In this document: in pieces, positions 9,350 to 17,888 of the stretch
How the letters are laid out: each line of letters starts with the position of its first letter
How positions within the stretch are numbered: the first letter of the stretch is position 1
Made by a program: the position numbers and the translations under genes
Assembly: GCA_035502475.1 (NCBI GenBank)
Contig: DATJUJ010000030.1
Location: 2,343 to 66,342 of the forward strand
Length of the DNA stretch: 64,000 nt
Source: Thermoplasmata archaeon
Lineage (GTDB): Archaea; Thermoplasmatota; Thermoplasmata; Lutacidiplasmatales; UBA184
Direction of reading: 5' to 3'
Notes under the pieces: generated by a model
What the model saw: the letters and a program-made list of their open reading frames with translations, nothing else
What the model was told of the DNA's origin: nothing
Database searches by the model: none

Positions 9350-9379
9350 GCCGCGGGCGGAGGGGACCCCGCCCGCGGC
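9350..9379 (-). terminator. Stem-loop with a perfect 11-bp stem, followed on the minus strand by two T4 tracts; likely the dnaG terminator.
   Basis: The element gccgcgggcgg-aggggacc-ccgcccgcggc lies 10 nt downstream of the dnaG stop. On the transcribed strand, TTTT runs follow at 9341-9344 and 9322-9325. Confidence 0.4.
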
Positions 9380-9389
9380 TCGAGAGCGC

Positions 9390-10727
9390 TCAGTGCGGGA
9401 CCGGAGCGAGGTCCGCCTTCGTGAAGATCCGCAGGGGCTCCGGGATCTTCCCGACGGGACCGAGCCGGGTCGCGACCACGGTGCCGATCCCCTTCTCCTG
9501 GGCGACGTCGAGGAGGCGCTGGCTCACGATCCCGTCGAAGACGATCGCCTTCGCGGGGACCTGCAGCGCCGTCAGCGCGTCGATCATCTCCTTCACGGGG
9601 GCCTCGCCGACGACCGCTTCGTTCTCGCCCACGAAGAGCGAGCGCGAGGAGCCCTCGACCTCGTTGAGGAGCTCGAAGTAGCGGGCGAGGTCCGGCGGGA
9701 GCGGCACGGCCGCCGGGACCGGGGGCGGCGGGGGCGGAGGGCTGGGGGCCCGGGGTGGGGGCATCCGCTCGCGGTCCCGGTCGCGCTCGTCTCGGCGCGG
9801 TCCGCCGCCGCCGTTGCGCTCGTCGCGCCGGTCGGGGCGTCCGCCGGGGCCCTCGCCCCGTTCCTCGCGCGGTTCCCGCGTCGAGCCGGTCGACTCGAAC
9901 CCGCTCATCTCGAGGTACTGGTTGATCGGGATCTTGTTCCGCAGGCACTTCAGCAGCTGCTTCTGCGTGAGCTCCTCGACCTCGCTGCCGCGCGGGGCCC
10001 GCGCGACGAAGTCGATGTCCATCGTCTGGAGCATCTCGCGGAGGATCAGTTCGCCGGCCCGGTCGCCGTCGGTGAAGACGGTCACCGTCTTGCCGCGCGA
10101 GAGGTCCTTCACGGTCTGCGGGACGCTCGTCCCCTCGACCGCGATCACGTTCTTGATCCCGCAGCGCAGCAGGTTGAGCACGTCCGAGCGGCCCTCGACG
10201 ACGATCAGCGCGTCGGCCTGGTCGATGTTCGGACCGGCCGGGAGGTGCTCGGGTCCGTACGTCGTGATCTCGTCGACCTGGACGGCCTTGCGGACCGCCT
10301 CGGTGAGATCCAGCCCGACGCCCTTCGACTCCTCCTGGAGGTGTCCGAGGATCTCCTTCGCGCGCTCGACGACCTTCTGGCGCTTCGAGATCCGAATGTC
10401 CTCGACGCTCACGATCTCGATCTTGGCCCGGCACGGGCCGATCCGGTCGACGGTCTCGAGGCCGGAGGCGAGGATCGCCGTCTCGACCTGGTCGAGCGAC
10501 GACGGGATCAGGATCTCGCCCTCGCTCTTCCCCTTGCGGCTGTCGATCTCGACCTCGATCCGGCCGATGCGGCCGGACTTCTGGAGGTCGCGGAGATCGA
10601 GTTCGTCGCCGAGCAAGCCTTCGGTCTGTCCGAAGACCGCTCCGACGACGTCCGGCTTGTCGATGACGCCTTCGGCGGCGATGCGGGCTCGGATCTGGTA
10701 TTTCGCGGCACTGGGATCGTTGGTCAT
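9390..10727 (-). CDS. dnaG: Archaeal DNA primase DnaG (Toprim domain).
   Basis: Toprim region ALIVVEGRSDVLNLLRCGIKNVIAVEGTS...TVFTDGDRAGE in a 445-aa protein. The architecture is typical of archaeal DnaG. Confidence 0.9.
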   Translation of the reverse strand: MTNDPSAAKYQIRARIAAEGVIDKPDVVGAVFGQTEGLLGDELDLRDLQKSGRIGRIEVEIDSRKGKSEGEILIPSSLDQVETAILASGLETVDRIGPCRAKIEIVSVEDIRISKRQKVVERAKEILGHLQEESKGVGLDLTEAVRKAVQVDEITTYGPEHLPAGPNIDQADALIVVEGRSDVLNLLRCGIKNVIAVEGTSVPQTVKDLSRGKTVTVFTDGDRAGELILREMLQTMDIDFVARAPRGSEVEELTQKQLLKCLRNKIPINQYLEMSGFESTGSTREPREERGEGPGGRPDRRDERNGGGGPRRDERDRDRERMPPPRAPSPPPPPPPVPAAVPLPPDLARYFELLNEVEGSSRSLFVGENEAVVGEAPVKEMIDALTALQVPAKAIVFDGIVSQRLLDVAQEKGIGTVVATRLGPVGKIPEPLRIFTKADLAPVPH

Positions 10728-11020
10728 GGTGGTGGTCTCCTTGGGGCGGAAACTCCCCGCGAACGGGGTCCCGAAGGGGACGGACTAGGCCGGTGCCGAG
10801 CCGCCGGGCGATGCGCGGAGCCTACGACAGGAGAGGGCAGGGAACATGAGTCGTGAGTCCGGATCTCCTGGCGACGTCGGGCCGAGCCCGTCCGTCCCCG
10901 GAGGGTTGTTTCCGATCGTTAGCAGCCGGGGGCGCTATTTAAGAGGGACCCCGCGCGCGGGGCCGCTCCCGGACCCCCCGTCCTCTCTCGGCGGCGCGCG
11001 TTCCTCTCGCCGCGACAGTC

Positions 11021-11027
11021 TTTATAT
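11021..11027 (+). promoter_or_regulatory. TATA-box-like element (TTTATAT) upstream of the 11062 gene.
   Basis: The sequence agtctttatatccgg is centred about 38 nt upstream of the ATG at 11062. Confidence 0.4.
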
Positions 11028-11061
11028 CCGGCCCCCGTACGCCGCCTCGGAGCCCATCGCA

Positions 11062-11736
11062 ATGCCCCGTCGAGTTGCCCGCAAGGTGAACGAGGTACCC
11101 GAGCCCGGCACGCCCGCGCCCGAGCCGTCCCTCGCCGACGACCGGTTCGTGGACGAGCTGAAGGCCGACCTTGCGAAGACCCACGAGGAAGCCGGGGCCA
11201 AGACCGGCGAGGATCTCACGCACCATGCGGAGCTCAACAAGCGGCTCCTCCAGGACCTCTGGGAGGTCCACAACCAGTTCGAGGAGATCGGGGTCCACCT
11301 GACCATCGATCCCTCGCAGACGCTGTTCGCGACGTTCGCCGAGTACCCCGTCAAGTGGACGTTCAAGGAGAACTTCGACTTCGGCGCGGTCAAGACGGTC
11401 GAGCTGCTCGACCGAGCGACCGGATGGGTCGGGTTCACGCTCCGCTTCTGGTACTACCGTACCCCGGAGGGACGGTCCCGTCTGCGCGGGATCTTCGAGT
11501 GGTGCGACGGCGAGAGCTACCACCGCTACTCCGGCTGGATGCGCATGATGAGCCAGGCGGTCCTCTACGACGCGCCCGACGACGAGGTGGACGTCCGCGA
11601 GCTCCACCGGGTGCTCAAGGACATCGTCGTGCACTGGTACGGCGCCCACCTCGAGCGGACGCCCGAGACGTTCGTCGCGCACCTCAAGGAAAAGTACCCG
11701 AAGGGCGCCTCCTACGCGAAGGAATCGTACCGGTAG
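11062..11736 (+). CDS. Hypothetical soluble protein of unknown function, sitting between dnaG and the PolD small subunit gene.
   Basis: Internal ATG at 11062 in track ORF 10846..11736. The 224-aa product has a realistic composition (W/Y/F-rich core FTLRFWYYRTPEG) but no family was recognised. Confidence 0.5.
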   Translation: MPRRVARKVNEVPEPGTPAPEPSLADDRFVDELKADLAKTHEEAGAKTGEDLTHHAELNKRLLQDLWEVHNQFEEIGVHLTIDPSQTLFATFAEYPVKWTFKENFDFGAVKTVELLDRATGWVGFTLRFWYYRTPEGRSRLRGIFEWCDGESYHRYSGWMRMMSQAVLYDAPDDEVDVRELHRVLKDIVVHWYGAHLERTPETFVAHLKEKYPKGASYAKESYR

Positions 11737-11863
11737 GCCGGCCCGGCCCCCGCTCCGGTCGCCTTCGGTGCGCGAGCCTTGAAATAACCCGGGACTCCTC
11801 CCACCCGCCCGGGCGCGTGCGGGGCCCCGAGCCGTTCCCCCGCCAGTCCCGGTCGGAGCAAGC

Positions 11864-13378
11864 GTGGCCGGCGATCTGCGGGGGCATCTGGTCGCCTACT
11901 TCGAAGAGCAGCACAAGCTCGTGGAAGCCGGCGCCCTCCAGCTCCTCCTCGCCGCCCCGCAGCCGCTCGTCATCTCCCGCGAGGTCGTCGAGCGCGTCGG
12001 GCCGTCGTCGCCCATCGTGACCCGCGAGATCGTCGCCGCCGCGCTCGCGGAGCGGTTGACCGGGCGGGCCGTTCCCGCGCCCCCGACCCTCGCCGCGGCG
12101 GCGGACCCCGCGATCCGGCGCACCCCGTCCGCCCGGTTCGAGCTCGTGCGCGAGGGGTTCGCTGGGCCCCCGGTCGCGACGCAGCCGATCGCCGCGTACG
12201 CCGCCCTGTTCCAGTCCCGGTACCGGGCGCTCGCCCGGCTCCTCCGGGGCCGACCGCAGTTGGGGAACCTGCGCCCGATCCGCGAACTGCGGGCGACCGA
12301 AGGCGATGCGTCGGTGATCGGGATGGTCCGCGAGGTCCGCGAGACCCCGCAACGCCACCACCTGATCCTCACGCTGGACGACGAGTCGGGCTCGGTGGAG
12401 CTGCTCGTGCCCAAGGACTCCGCCGGCAGCCGGATCTCCTTCCTGCCCGACGAGGTCGTCGGCGCCCGCCTCCAGTTCGCCAAGGAGCCCGGGAAGATCC
12501 CCCGCGTGGTCGCGATCGAACGACCGGACGTCCCGCACGCCCGGTCCGTCGGGCGCGCCCCCGACGCGCACCGGGCGATCTTCCTCTCCGACCTCCACGT
12601 CGGCAGCCGATCGTTCCTGTCCGAACCGTGGGCGGAGCTCGTGGCGTTTCTGCGCGAGGAGGGACCGTATCCCGAGCTCGCCCGGTCGATCGACCACGTC
12701 GTGATCGCGGGCGACCTGGTGGACGGCATCGGCATCTATCCCCGGCAGGAGCGGGACCTCGCCATCCCGGACGTGGTCGAGCAGTACGCCGAGCTCGCGC
12801 GGCGCTTGGGGGAGTTGCCCGGGCGCCTCACGATCGTTGGGGTCCCCGGGAACCACGACGCCGTCTGCCCGGCGGAGCCGCAGCCCGCCCTCCCTGCCGG
12901 GCTCGCGGACGGGCTGCCGTCCAACGTGAGGATCCTCGCGAACCCGTCCACGTTCGCGCTCGACGGGGTGGTGATCGAGGCGTACCACGGGCGCAGCTTC
13001 GACGACCTGATCCCCGCGATCCCGGGCGCCTCCTACGCCCACCCCACGGAGGTGATGAAGCGGATGCTCCAGTGCCGGCACCTGGCGCCGATCTACGGGG
13101 ACCGCACGCCGCTCGCCCCGCTCCCGTACGACGGGCTGGTCATCGACCCCGTCCCCGACATCCTCGTGACCGGGCACGTCCACACCTACGGGGTGGACCG
13201 GTACCGCCAGGTTCTGCTGCTCAACGCCTCGACCTGGCAGGCGGAGACCGAGTACCAACGGATGCGCAACATCGCCCCGGTCCCGGCGCACACCGCGGTC
13301 GTGGACCTCGCGACGCTCGCCCTCGTCTCGCTCGACTTCGCCCACGGCCCCCCCGTCGTGGTGGAGGTCGGCGGTTGA
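11864..13378 (+). CDS. polD1: DNA polymerase II (PolD) small subunit DP1, a calcineurin-like phosphoesterase.
   Basis: Metallophosphatase motifs IFLSDLHVGS, VVIAGDLVDG, GNHD and VTGHVHT. An N-terminal OB-like region is present. The protein is 504 aa. Confidence 0.85.
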   Translation: MAGDLRGHLVAYFEEQHKLVEAGALQLLLAAPQPLVISREVVERVGPSSPIVTREIVAAALAERLTGRAVPAPPTLAAAADPAIRRTPSARFELVREGFAGPPVATQPIAAYAALFQSRYRALARLLRGRPQLGNLRPIRELRATEGDASVIGMVREVRETPQRHHLILTLDDESGSVELLVPKDSAGSRISFLPDEVVGARLQFAKEPGKIPRVVAIERPDVPHARSVGRAPDAHRAIFLSDLHVGSRSFLSEPWAELVAFLREEGPYPELARSIDHVVIAGDLVDGIGIYPRQERDLAIPDVVEQYAELARRLGELPGRLTIVGVPGNHDAVCPAEPQPALPAGLADGLPSNVRILANPSTFALDGVVIEAYHGRSFDDLIPAIPGASYAHPTEVMKRMLQCRHLAPIYGDRTPLAPLPYDGLVIDPVPDILVTGHVHTYGVDRYRQVLLLNASTWQAETEYQRMRNIAPVPAHTAVVDLATLALVSLDFAHGPPVVVEVGG

Positions 13379-13416
13379 CCCCGTACCCGCTCGACCCGGT
13401 CCGCGCCGTCGGCCCG

Positions 13417-13830
13417 ATGCGCCTCGTGCTGACGAGCTACCCGACCCGCGAGGCCGCGCTCGCCGCGGCGCACGGGGCGGTCGAGCGACGCCTCGCCGCC
13501 TGCGCTCAGGTGATCGCGGCCGAGTCCCGGTATCGATGGCGCGGGCGGGTCGAGTCGGCCGCCGAGTCGATCGTGCTGTTCAAGACCGTCCCGAAGCGGG
13601 TCGGGGCGTTGTTCGCCTGGCTGCGGGCGGGCCACGCGTACGACGTCCCCGAGATCGTGGAGATCGACGTGCCGCGCGTCGACCCCGGCTACCTCCACTA
13701 CCTGGCCGCGACGCTGGACGCCTCGGCGGTCGCACCGCCGGCCGCCGCTAGGCGTCGGGCAGGACCGCGAGGCCCGGGAGCTCCCGGCCCTCGACGAACT
13801 CGAGCGCGGCCCCACCGCCCGTCGAGATGA
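13417..13830 (+). CDS. cutA: CutA1 divalent-cation tolerance protein homolog with a roughly 35-aa C-terminal extension.
   Basis: The core MRLVLTSYPTREAALAAAHGAVERRLAACAQVI...SIVLFKTVPKRVGALFAWLRAGHAYDVPEIVEIDV matches the CutA core. The first in-frame stop is at 13828-13830, so the frame overlaps convergent pgk. The gene is embedded in a longer spurious track ORF. Confidence 0.65.
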   Translation: MRLVLTSYPTREAALAAAHGAVERRLAACAQVIAAESRYRWRGRVESAAESIVLFKTVPKRVGALFAWLRAGHAYDVPEIVEIDVPRVDPGYLHYLAATLDASAVAPPAAARRRAGPRGPGAPGPRRTRARPHRPSR

Positions 13831-14956
13831 ACTGGAAGCTCGCGGCGACCCCGAGGTCGGCCGCGATCCGGGCCGAGTCGCCCCCGGCCGCCACGTGATA
13901 CCCCGCGAGGCGGCCGAGGCCCGCCAGCACGTCGCGCGTCCCGGCCGCGAACCGCGGGTCCTCGGCGAGTCCGAGCGGACCGTTCCAGAAGACGGTCCGG
14001 GTCCCCCCGAGGAGGCGGAGGAACTCGGCCCGCGTGGCCGGCCCGATGTCCCGCGCGAGCGCGTCGGCGGGCACCTGCGAGACCGGGACGGTCATGGGCT
14101 CGGGGGCGCCGGGCCGCTCGACGACGAGATCGGTCGGCAGCGCGACCTGGGTCCCCGCCGCGGCTGCGGCCGCGAGGAATTCCGCGACGCGGGCCCCCTG
14201 GCCCGGCTCGACCGAGGTTGCGCCGAGGCCGTGGCCCTGGGCGGCCAGGAAGGGGAACGCGAGCGCCCCGCCGATGAGCACGCGGTCCGCGCGGCCGGAG
14301 AAGCTCGTGAGCAGCGGGAGCTTGTCGGCGACCTTGGCCCCGCCGACGACGACCCCGTACGGCCGGTCGGTCGCGTCGCGGAGGCGCGACAGCTCGCGGA
14401 CCTCCCGCTCGACGAGCAGTCCCGCGAACGCCGGGAGCCGCTTCGGGACCCCGACCGTCGACGCGTGGGCCCGGTGCACGGCCCCGAACGCGTCCTCGAC
14501 GAACAGCTCCCCCAGGCGGGCCAGTTGGGCCGCGAACGTGGGGTCGTTCGCTTCCTCGCCCGGGTGGAAGCGCAGGTTCTCGAGCAGGAGGAACTGCCCG
14601 TTCTCGAGCCGGGTCGAGAGCTCGAGGGCGTGGATGCCGACGACGTCGTCGGCGAGCGGGACGGGCTGGCCGAGCACGGCGCTGAGACGGTGCGCGACCG
14701 GGCGCAGCGAGAGCGCGGGGTCGCGCTTGCCGTCCGGACGGCCCAGGTGGGTCATGAGGATCGAGCGGGCCCCCGCGGCCCGGAGGTGGTCGAGGGTCGG
14801 CAGGGCCTCCCGGATCCGGCGGTCGTCGGCGATCGCGCCGTTCGGTCCCTGCGGGACGTTGAAGTCGACGCGCACCAGGACCCGACGTCCGCGAAGGGGG
14901 GCCGAGCCGATCCCGCGCTTCGCCTGCACGAGTGCCCCCGGAGCCGGCCGGCTCAA
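13748..14956 (-). CDS. pgk: Phosphoglycerate kinase.
   Basis: N-domain VLVRVDFNVP and C-domain GGGA...STGGGA motifs in a 402-aa protein. Confidence 0.9.
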   Translation of the reverse strand: MSRPAPGALVQAKRGIGSAPLRGRRVLVRVDFNVPQGPNGAIADDRRIREALPTLDHLRAAGARSILMTHLGRPDGKRDPALSLRPVAHRLSAVLGQPVPLADDVVGIHALELSTRLENGQFLLLENLRFHPGEEANDPTFAAQLARLGELFVEDAFGAVHRAHASTVGVPKRLPAFAGLLVEREVRELSRLRDATDRPYGVVVGGAKVADKLPLLTSFSGRADRVLIGGALAFPFLAAQGHGLGATSVEPGQGARVAEFLAAAAAAGTQVALPTDLVVERPGAPEPMTVPVSQVPADALARDIGPATRAEFLRLLGGTRTVFWNGPLGLAEDPRFAAGTRDVLAGLGRLAGYHVAAGGDSARIAADLGVAASFQFISTGGGAALEFVEGRELPGLAVLPDA

Positions 14957-15891
14957 ATCGGTTGTGACGGCCGCCCGGTGCGGGCCTCCACGGCCGCGAT
15001 CACCGCCCGGGTGGCCGGCAGCTCGATCCCGTGCGCCGCGGCGGTCCGGAGGATCGCCCCCGAGATCGCGTCGATCTCCGTGGGTCGACCCCGGGCGAGG
15101 TCCTGGAGCATGCTCGACCGGTTCGTCGCCGTCGCGCGGGCGACCCGATCGAAGTCGGCCTCGAGCTCGCCGTCGGCGAGGTCAAAGCCCGCCGCCCGAG
15201 CTGCGCGCCCGGCCTCGTGGAGGAGCCGGAGCGCGTCGGCCCGCGCGGGCTCCTCCAGGAGCGCCCCGTTCGGCACGCCGCGCAGGGCCGTGATCGGGTT
15301 GATCGCCGCGTTGACGATCGCCTTGCGCCAGACCTCCCGCGCGAACCCGGCGACCGTGCGCACGGCGAGGTCGGTGCGCTCGAACAGCTCCAAGAAACGG
15401 GCCACCGGCCCGGCCGCCTCGCCCGCCTCCCGGGGGTCCGGCAGCAGGAGCTCGCCGCGCCCACCGCGCCGCACCACGCCGGGCGCCTCCCACGTGGAGG
15501 GGATCGAGTTGACGGCCCGCACCAGGTGCGCGTCGGGATCCGACCAGCCCCCGTGCCGCAGCGCCGCCCCGACGATCGGTTCGATGCCCAGCCCGTTCTG
15601 GGGCAGCAGCACGGGTCGCGGCGGCTCCCGGGCCAGCAACGCCGCCGCGTCGGCAAGGGAATAGGTTTTGACGGCCAGGACGGCGAGCTCCGCGTCCCCC
15701 GGAACGAGCGGCCCGACGGAGGCGGGCCGGACCGTGCGGGTGGCCGAGGGGCCCTCGAGTCGGATCCCCCGGTCCCGGATCGCCCCCACCGCTTCCCCTC
15801 GGGCGACCAGGGCCACCGAGTGGCCGGCGTCGGTCAACAGGGCGGTCAGCACGCAGCCGACCGCGCCGGCGCCGACGACCACCACGCGCAC
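14953..15891 (-). CDS. panE: 2-dehydropantoate 2-reductase (ketopantoate reductase, ApbA/PanE family).
   Basis: N-terminal NAD(P) motif VVVVGAGAVG in a 312-aa protein with the ApbA C-terminal domain. Confidence 0.8.
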   Translation of the reverse strand: MRVVVVGAGAVGCVLTALLTDAGHSVALVARGEAVGAIRDRGIRLEGPSATRTVRPASVGPLVPGDAELAVLAVKTYSLADAAALLAREPPRPVLLPQNGLGIEPIVGAALRHGGWSDPDAHLVRAVNSIPSTWEAPGVVRRGGRGELLLPDPREAGEAAGPVARFLELFERTDLAVRTVAGFAREVWRKAIVNAAINPITALRGVPNGALLEEPARADALRLLHEAGRAARAAGFDLADGELEADFDRVARATATNRSSMLQDLARGRPTEIDAISGAILRTAAAHGIELPATRAVIAAVEARTGRPSQPI

Positions 15892-15904
15892 GGGCGCCGT
15901 CCCG

Positions 15905-16135
15905 TCAGCCGAGCCGGCGCACGAGATCGGAGAGCCCCGGGTTCTTGCCCCAATCCCGGCTCAGGAGGGCGAGGAGCTCCTCGTAGTAGCGGACCTGCTC
16001 CCGGGCCTGGCGGACCTTCTCGTCGAGGTACTGTTCCTCCCGGCGCAGCCGCGAGACCTCGCTCAGGACGTCGCGCTGGCTCTCGAGCAGCGATTCTTCC
16101 TTATCGGCCAGAGTAAGGGAAGCCCGTCGTGCCAC
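15905..16135 (-). CDS. Coiled-coil protein segment; possibly the downstream half of a frameshifted gene (see findings).
   Basis: A 76-aa, highly charged heptad-like sequence (LESQRDVLSEVSRLRREEQYLDEKVRQAREQVRYYEELLALL). Confidence 0.3.
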   Translation of the reverse strand: MARRASLTLADKEESLLESQRDVLSEVSRLRREEQYLDEKVRQAREQVRYYEELLALLSRDWGKNPGLSDLVRRLG

Positions 16136-16352
16136 GTTGCACCCCCACCGGCACCGAGGCCGGGTTCATGCTCATCACGGCGTCCCGGGTCGCGCGGAGC
16201 TTCGCGAGCTCGGTCTTGATGCGGCGGAGCCGGGTCTCGAGGCGGCGGCGCTTCTCGCGGATCTCCTCCAGCGAACGGCCGAGCATCTCCATCCGGTGGC
16301 GCCACTTGTCGCGCTCCCGAACGGTCTCCAGGACGGAGCTCACATCGACCAT
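16101..16352 (-). CDS. Coiled-coil protein segment; possibly the upstream half of the same gene as 15905..16135.
   Basis: The sequence is MVDVSSVLETVRERDKWRHRMEMLGRSLEEIREKRRRLETRLRRIKTELAKLRATRDAV... Its end overlaps the downstream ORF by 35 nt in a different frame. Confidence 0.3.
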   Translation of the reverse strand: MVDVSSVLETVRERDKWRHRMEMLGRSLEEIREKRRRLETRLRRIKTELAKLRATRDAVMSMNPASVPVGVQRGTTGFPYSGR

Positions 16353-16468
16353 GGAGGACGGGAGACGGGACTGAAGTCGAATCAACCTTTCGGCCCAGCG
16401 GCGGCTCGACCCGGCGCGAGGGGGTACCGCTTTAGACCGGCCGGAGGTGGTGGCCGACGGGAAGTTCC

Positions 16469-17413
16469 ATGAGCGCCCTCGCGAAGATCGTCGTGCTCGG
16501 AGCCGGCAACGTGGGCGGGTCGCTCGCCCAGCGCCTCGCGGAGATGGACCTCGCGGCCGAGGTGGCGCTCCTCGACATCGTCGACGGGCTTCCGCAGGGG
16601 AAGGCGCTCGACATCCAGGAGTCCGCTCCGATCCTGGGGTTCTCGACCCGCGTCACGGGGTCGAACTCGCTGGACGCCCTCGCCGGCGCCGACGTGGTCG
16701 TGGAGACGGCGGGGCTCGCCCGCAAGCCGGGAATGAGCCGCTCGGACCTCCTCGAGAAGAACGCGGCGATCGTCAAGGGCCACGCGGAGGCGGTCCGGGC
16801 GAAGGCCCCGCAGTCGATCGTCCTCGTGGTCACGAACCCGGTCGACGTGATGACCTACTACTTCTGGAAGAAGAGCGGACTGCCCACGGCCCGCGTCTTC
16901 GGGGAGTCCGGGACCCTCGACACCGCCCGGTTCCGCACGTTCGTCGCGGACGCGCTCAAGGTCGCACCGCGCGACGTCACGGGCTTCGTCCTGGGGACGC
17001 ACGGCGACACGATGGTGCCGGTCCTCTCGCTGACGAGCGTCTCGGGCGTGCCCCTCGCGAAGCTCCTGCCGCCCGACCGCCTCCAGGCGATCGTCGAGCG
17101 GACGAAGCAGGGCGGGGGCGAGATCGTGGCCCTGCTCAAGAGCGGCAGCGCATTCTACGCCCCGTCGGCCTCCCAGGCCGAGCTGGTCCGCGCGATCGCG
17201 CGCGACGAGCATCGGCTCCTCCCGGCGGCGGTCCACCTGGACGGCCCGTTTGGGGAGCGCGACGTCTACCTCGGCGCCCCGGCGGTCGTCGGGCGCCAGG
17301 GCGTGGAGCGGGTCGTCGAGGTCGACCTCACGCCGGGCGAGTGGGACGCCTTCCGTACGAGCGCGAAGGCGGTCCGGGACGACCTCGCGATCCTCGCGAA
17401 GCTCCCCCCGTAG
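16469..17413 (+). CDS. mdh: Malate dehydrogenase (LDH-like MDH family).
   Basis: N-terminal motif KIVVLGAGNVGGSLA, catalytic region VVTNPVD...GTHGD, 314 aa. Confidence 0.9.
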   Translation: MSALAKIVVLGAGNVGGSLAQRLAEMDLAAEVALLDIVDGLPQGKALDIQESAPILGFSTRVTGSNSLDALAGADVVVETAGLARKPGMSRSDLLEKNAAIVKGHAEAVRAKAPQSIVLVVTNPVDVMTYYFWKKSGLPTARVFGESGTLDTARFRTFVADALKVAPRDVTGFVLGTHGDTMVPVLSLTSVSGVPLAKLLPPDRLQAIVERTKQGGGEIVALLKSGSAFYAPSASQAELVRAIARDEHRLLPAAVHLDGPFGERDVYLGAPAVVGRQGVERVVEVDLTPGEWDAFRTSAKAVRDDLAILAKLPP

Positions 17414-17426
17414 GGAGACCCGACCG

Positions 17427-17744
17427 ATGGCGGGGGAGGGCGCGACGAACCGGACGCCGGTCGAGGCGGTCGAGATCAAGCGACGCCTCGCGACCCTCCG
17501 CTATACGACCGACTCGAAGGAGCACGCGCACATCACGACGAAGCCCGCGATCTGCGCGCGCTGCCCCCACTCGTTCTGCACGTTCGTCTGCCCCGCGAAG
17601 TGCTACGAGCGGATCGACGGCCGCCTCGTGTTCCGGTACGAGGACTGCATCGAGTGCGGCGCGTGCGACATCGCCTGCGACCAGGGGTCCGTGACGTGGA
17701 ACCTCCCCCGCGGGCCGTACGGCGTGCGCTACGCGTACGGCTAG
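17427..17744 (+). CDS. fixX: FixX-like 4Fe-4S ferredoxin.
   Basis: Internal ATG at 17427 after GGGAG. Cysteine pattern CARCPHSFCTFVCPAKC...CIECGACDIAC. The product is 105 aa. No fixABC genes lie nearby. Confidence 0.7.
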   Translation: MAGEGATNRTPVEAVEIKRRLATLRYTTDSKEHAHITTKPAICARCPHSFCTFVCPAKCYERIDGRLVFRYEDCIECGACDIACDQGSVTWNLPRGPYGVRYAYG

Positions 17745-17888
17745 GGCGCGGGCGCCCCCCCGGGGCGACGGGCGCGTTCCAGTGAAGGCGCATCTTAAAG
17801 CGCCCCGCCGAGGGTCGCGCCCGGCGGAGCAGTCCCTACGCCGCCGGCGTCCTCGGCCCCTGAGATCCCCGCGCTGTTTCCCTACCGC

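Noticed and set aside
9307-10434. A 375-aa minus-strand ORF, and the 559-aa plus-strand ORF 9177..10856, overlapping dnaG.
   Set aside because: Both are Arg/Gly/Pro/Asp-rich and compositionally non-protein-like. dnaG on the minus strand explains the region.
12628-13830. A 400-aa plus-strand ORF running from inside polD1 to the CutA stop.
   Set aside because: Only the CutA portion (from ATG 13417) is protein-like. Upstream it is an Arg/Gly/Pro-rich alternative frame of the PolD small-subunit gene.
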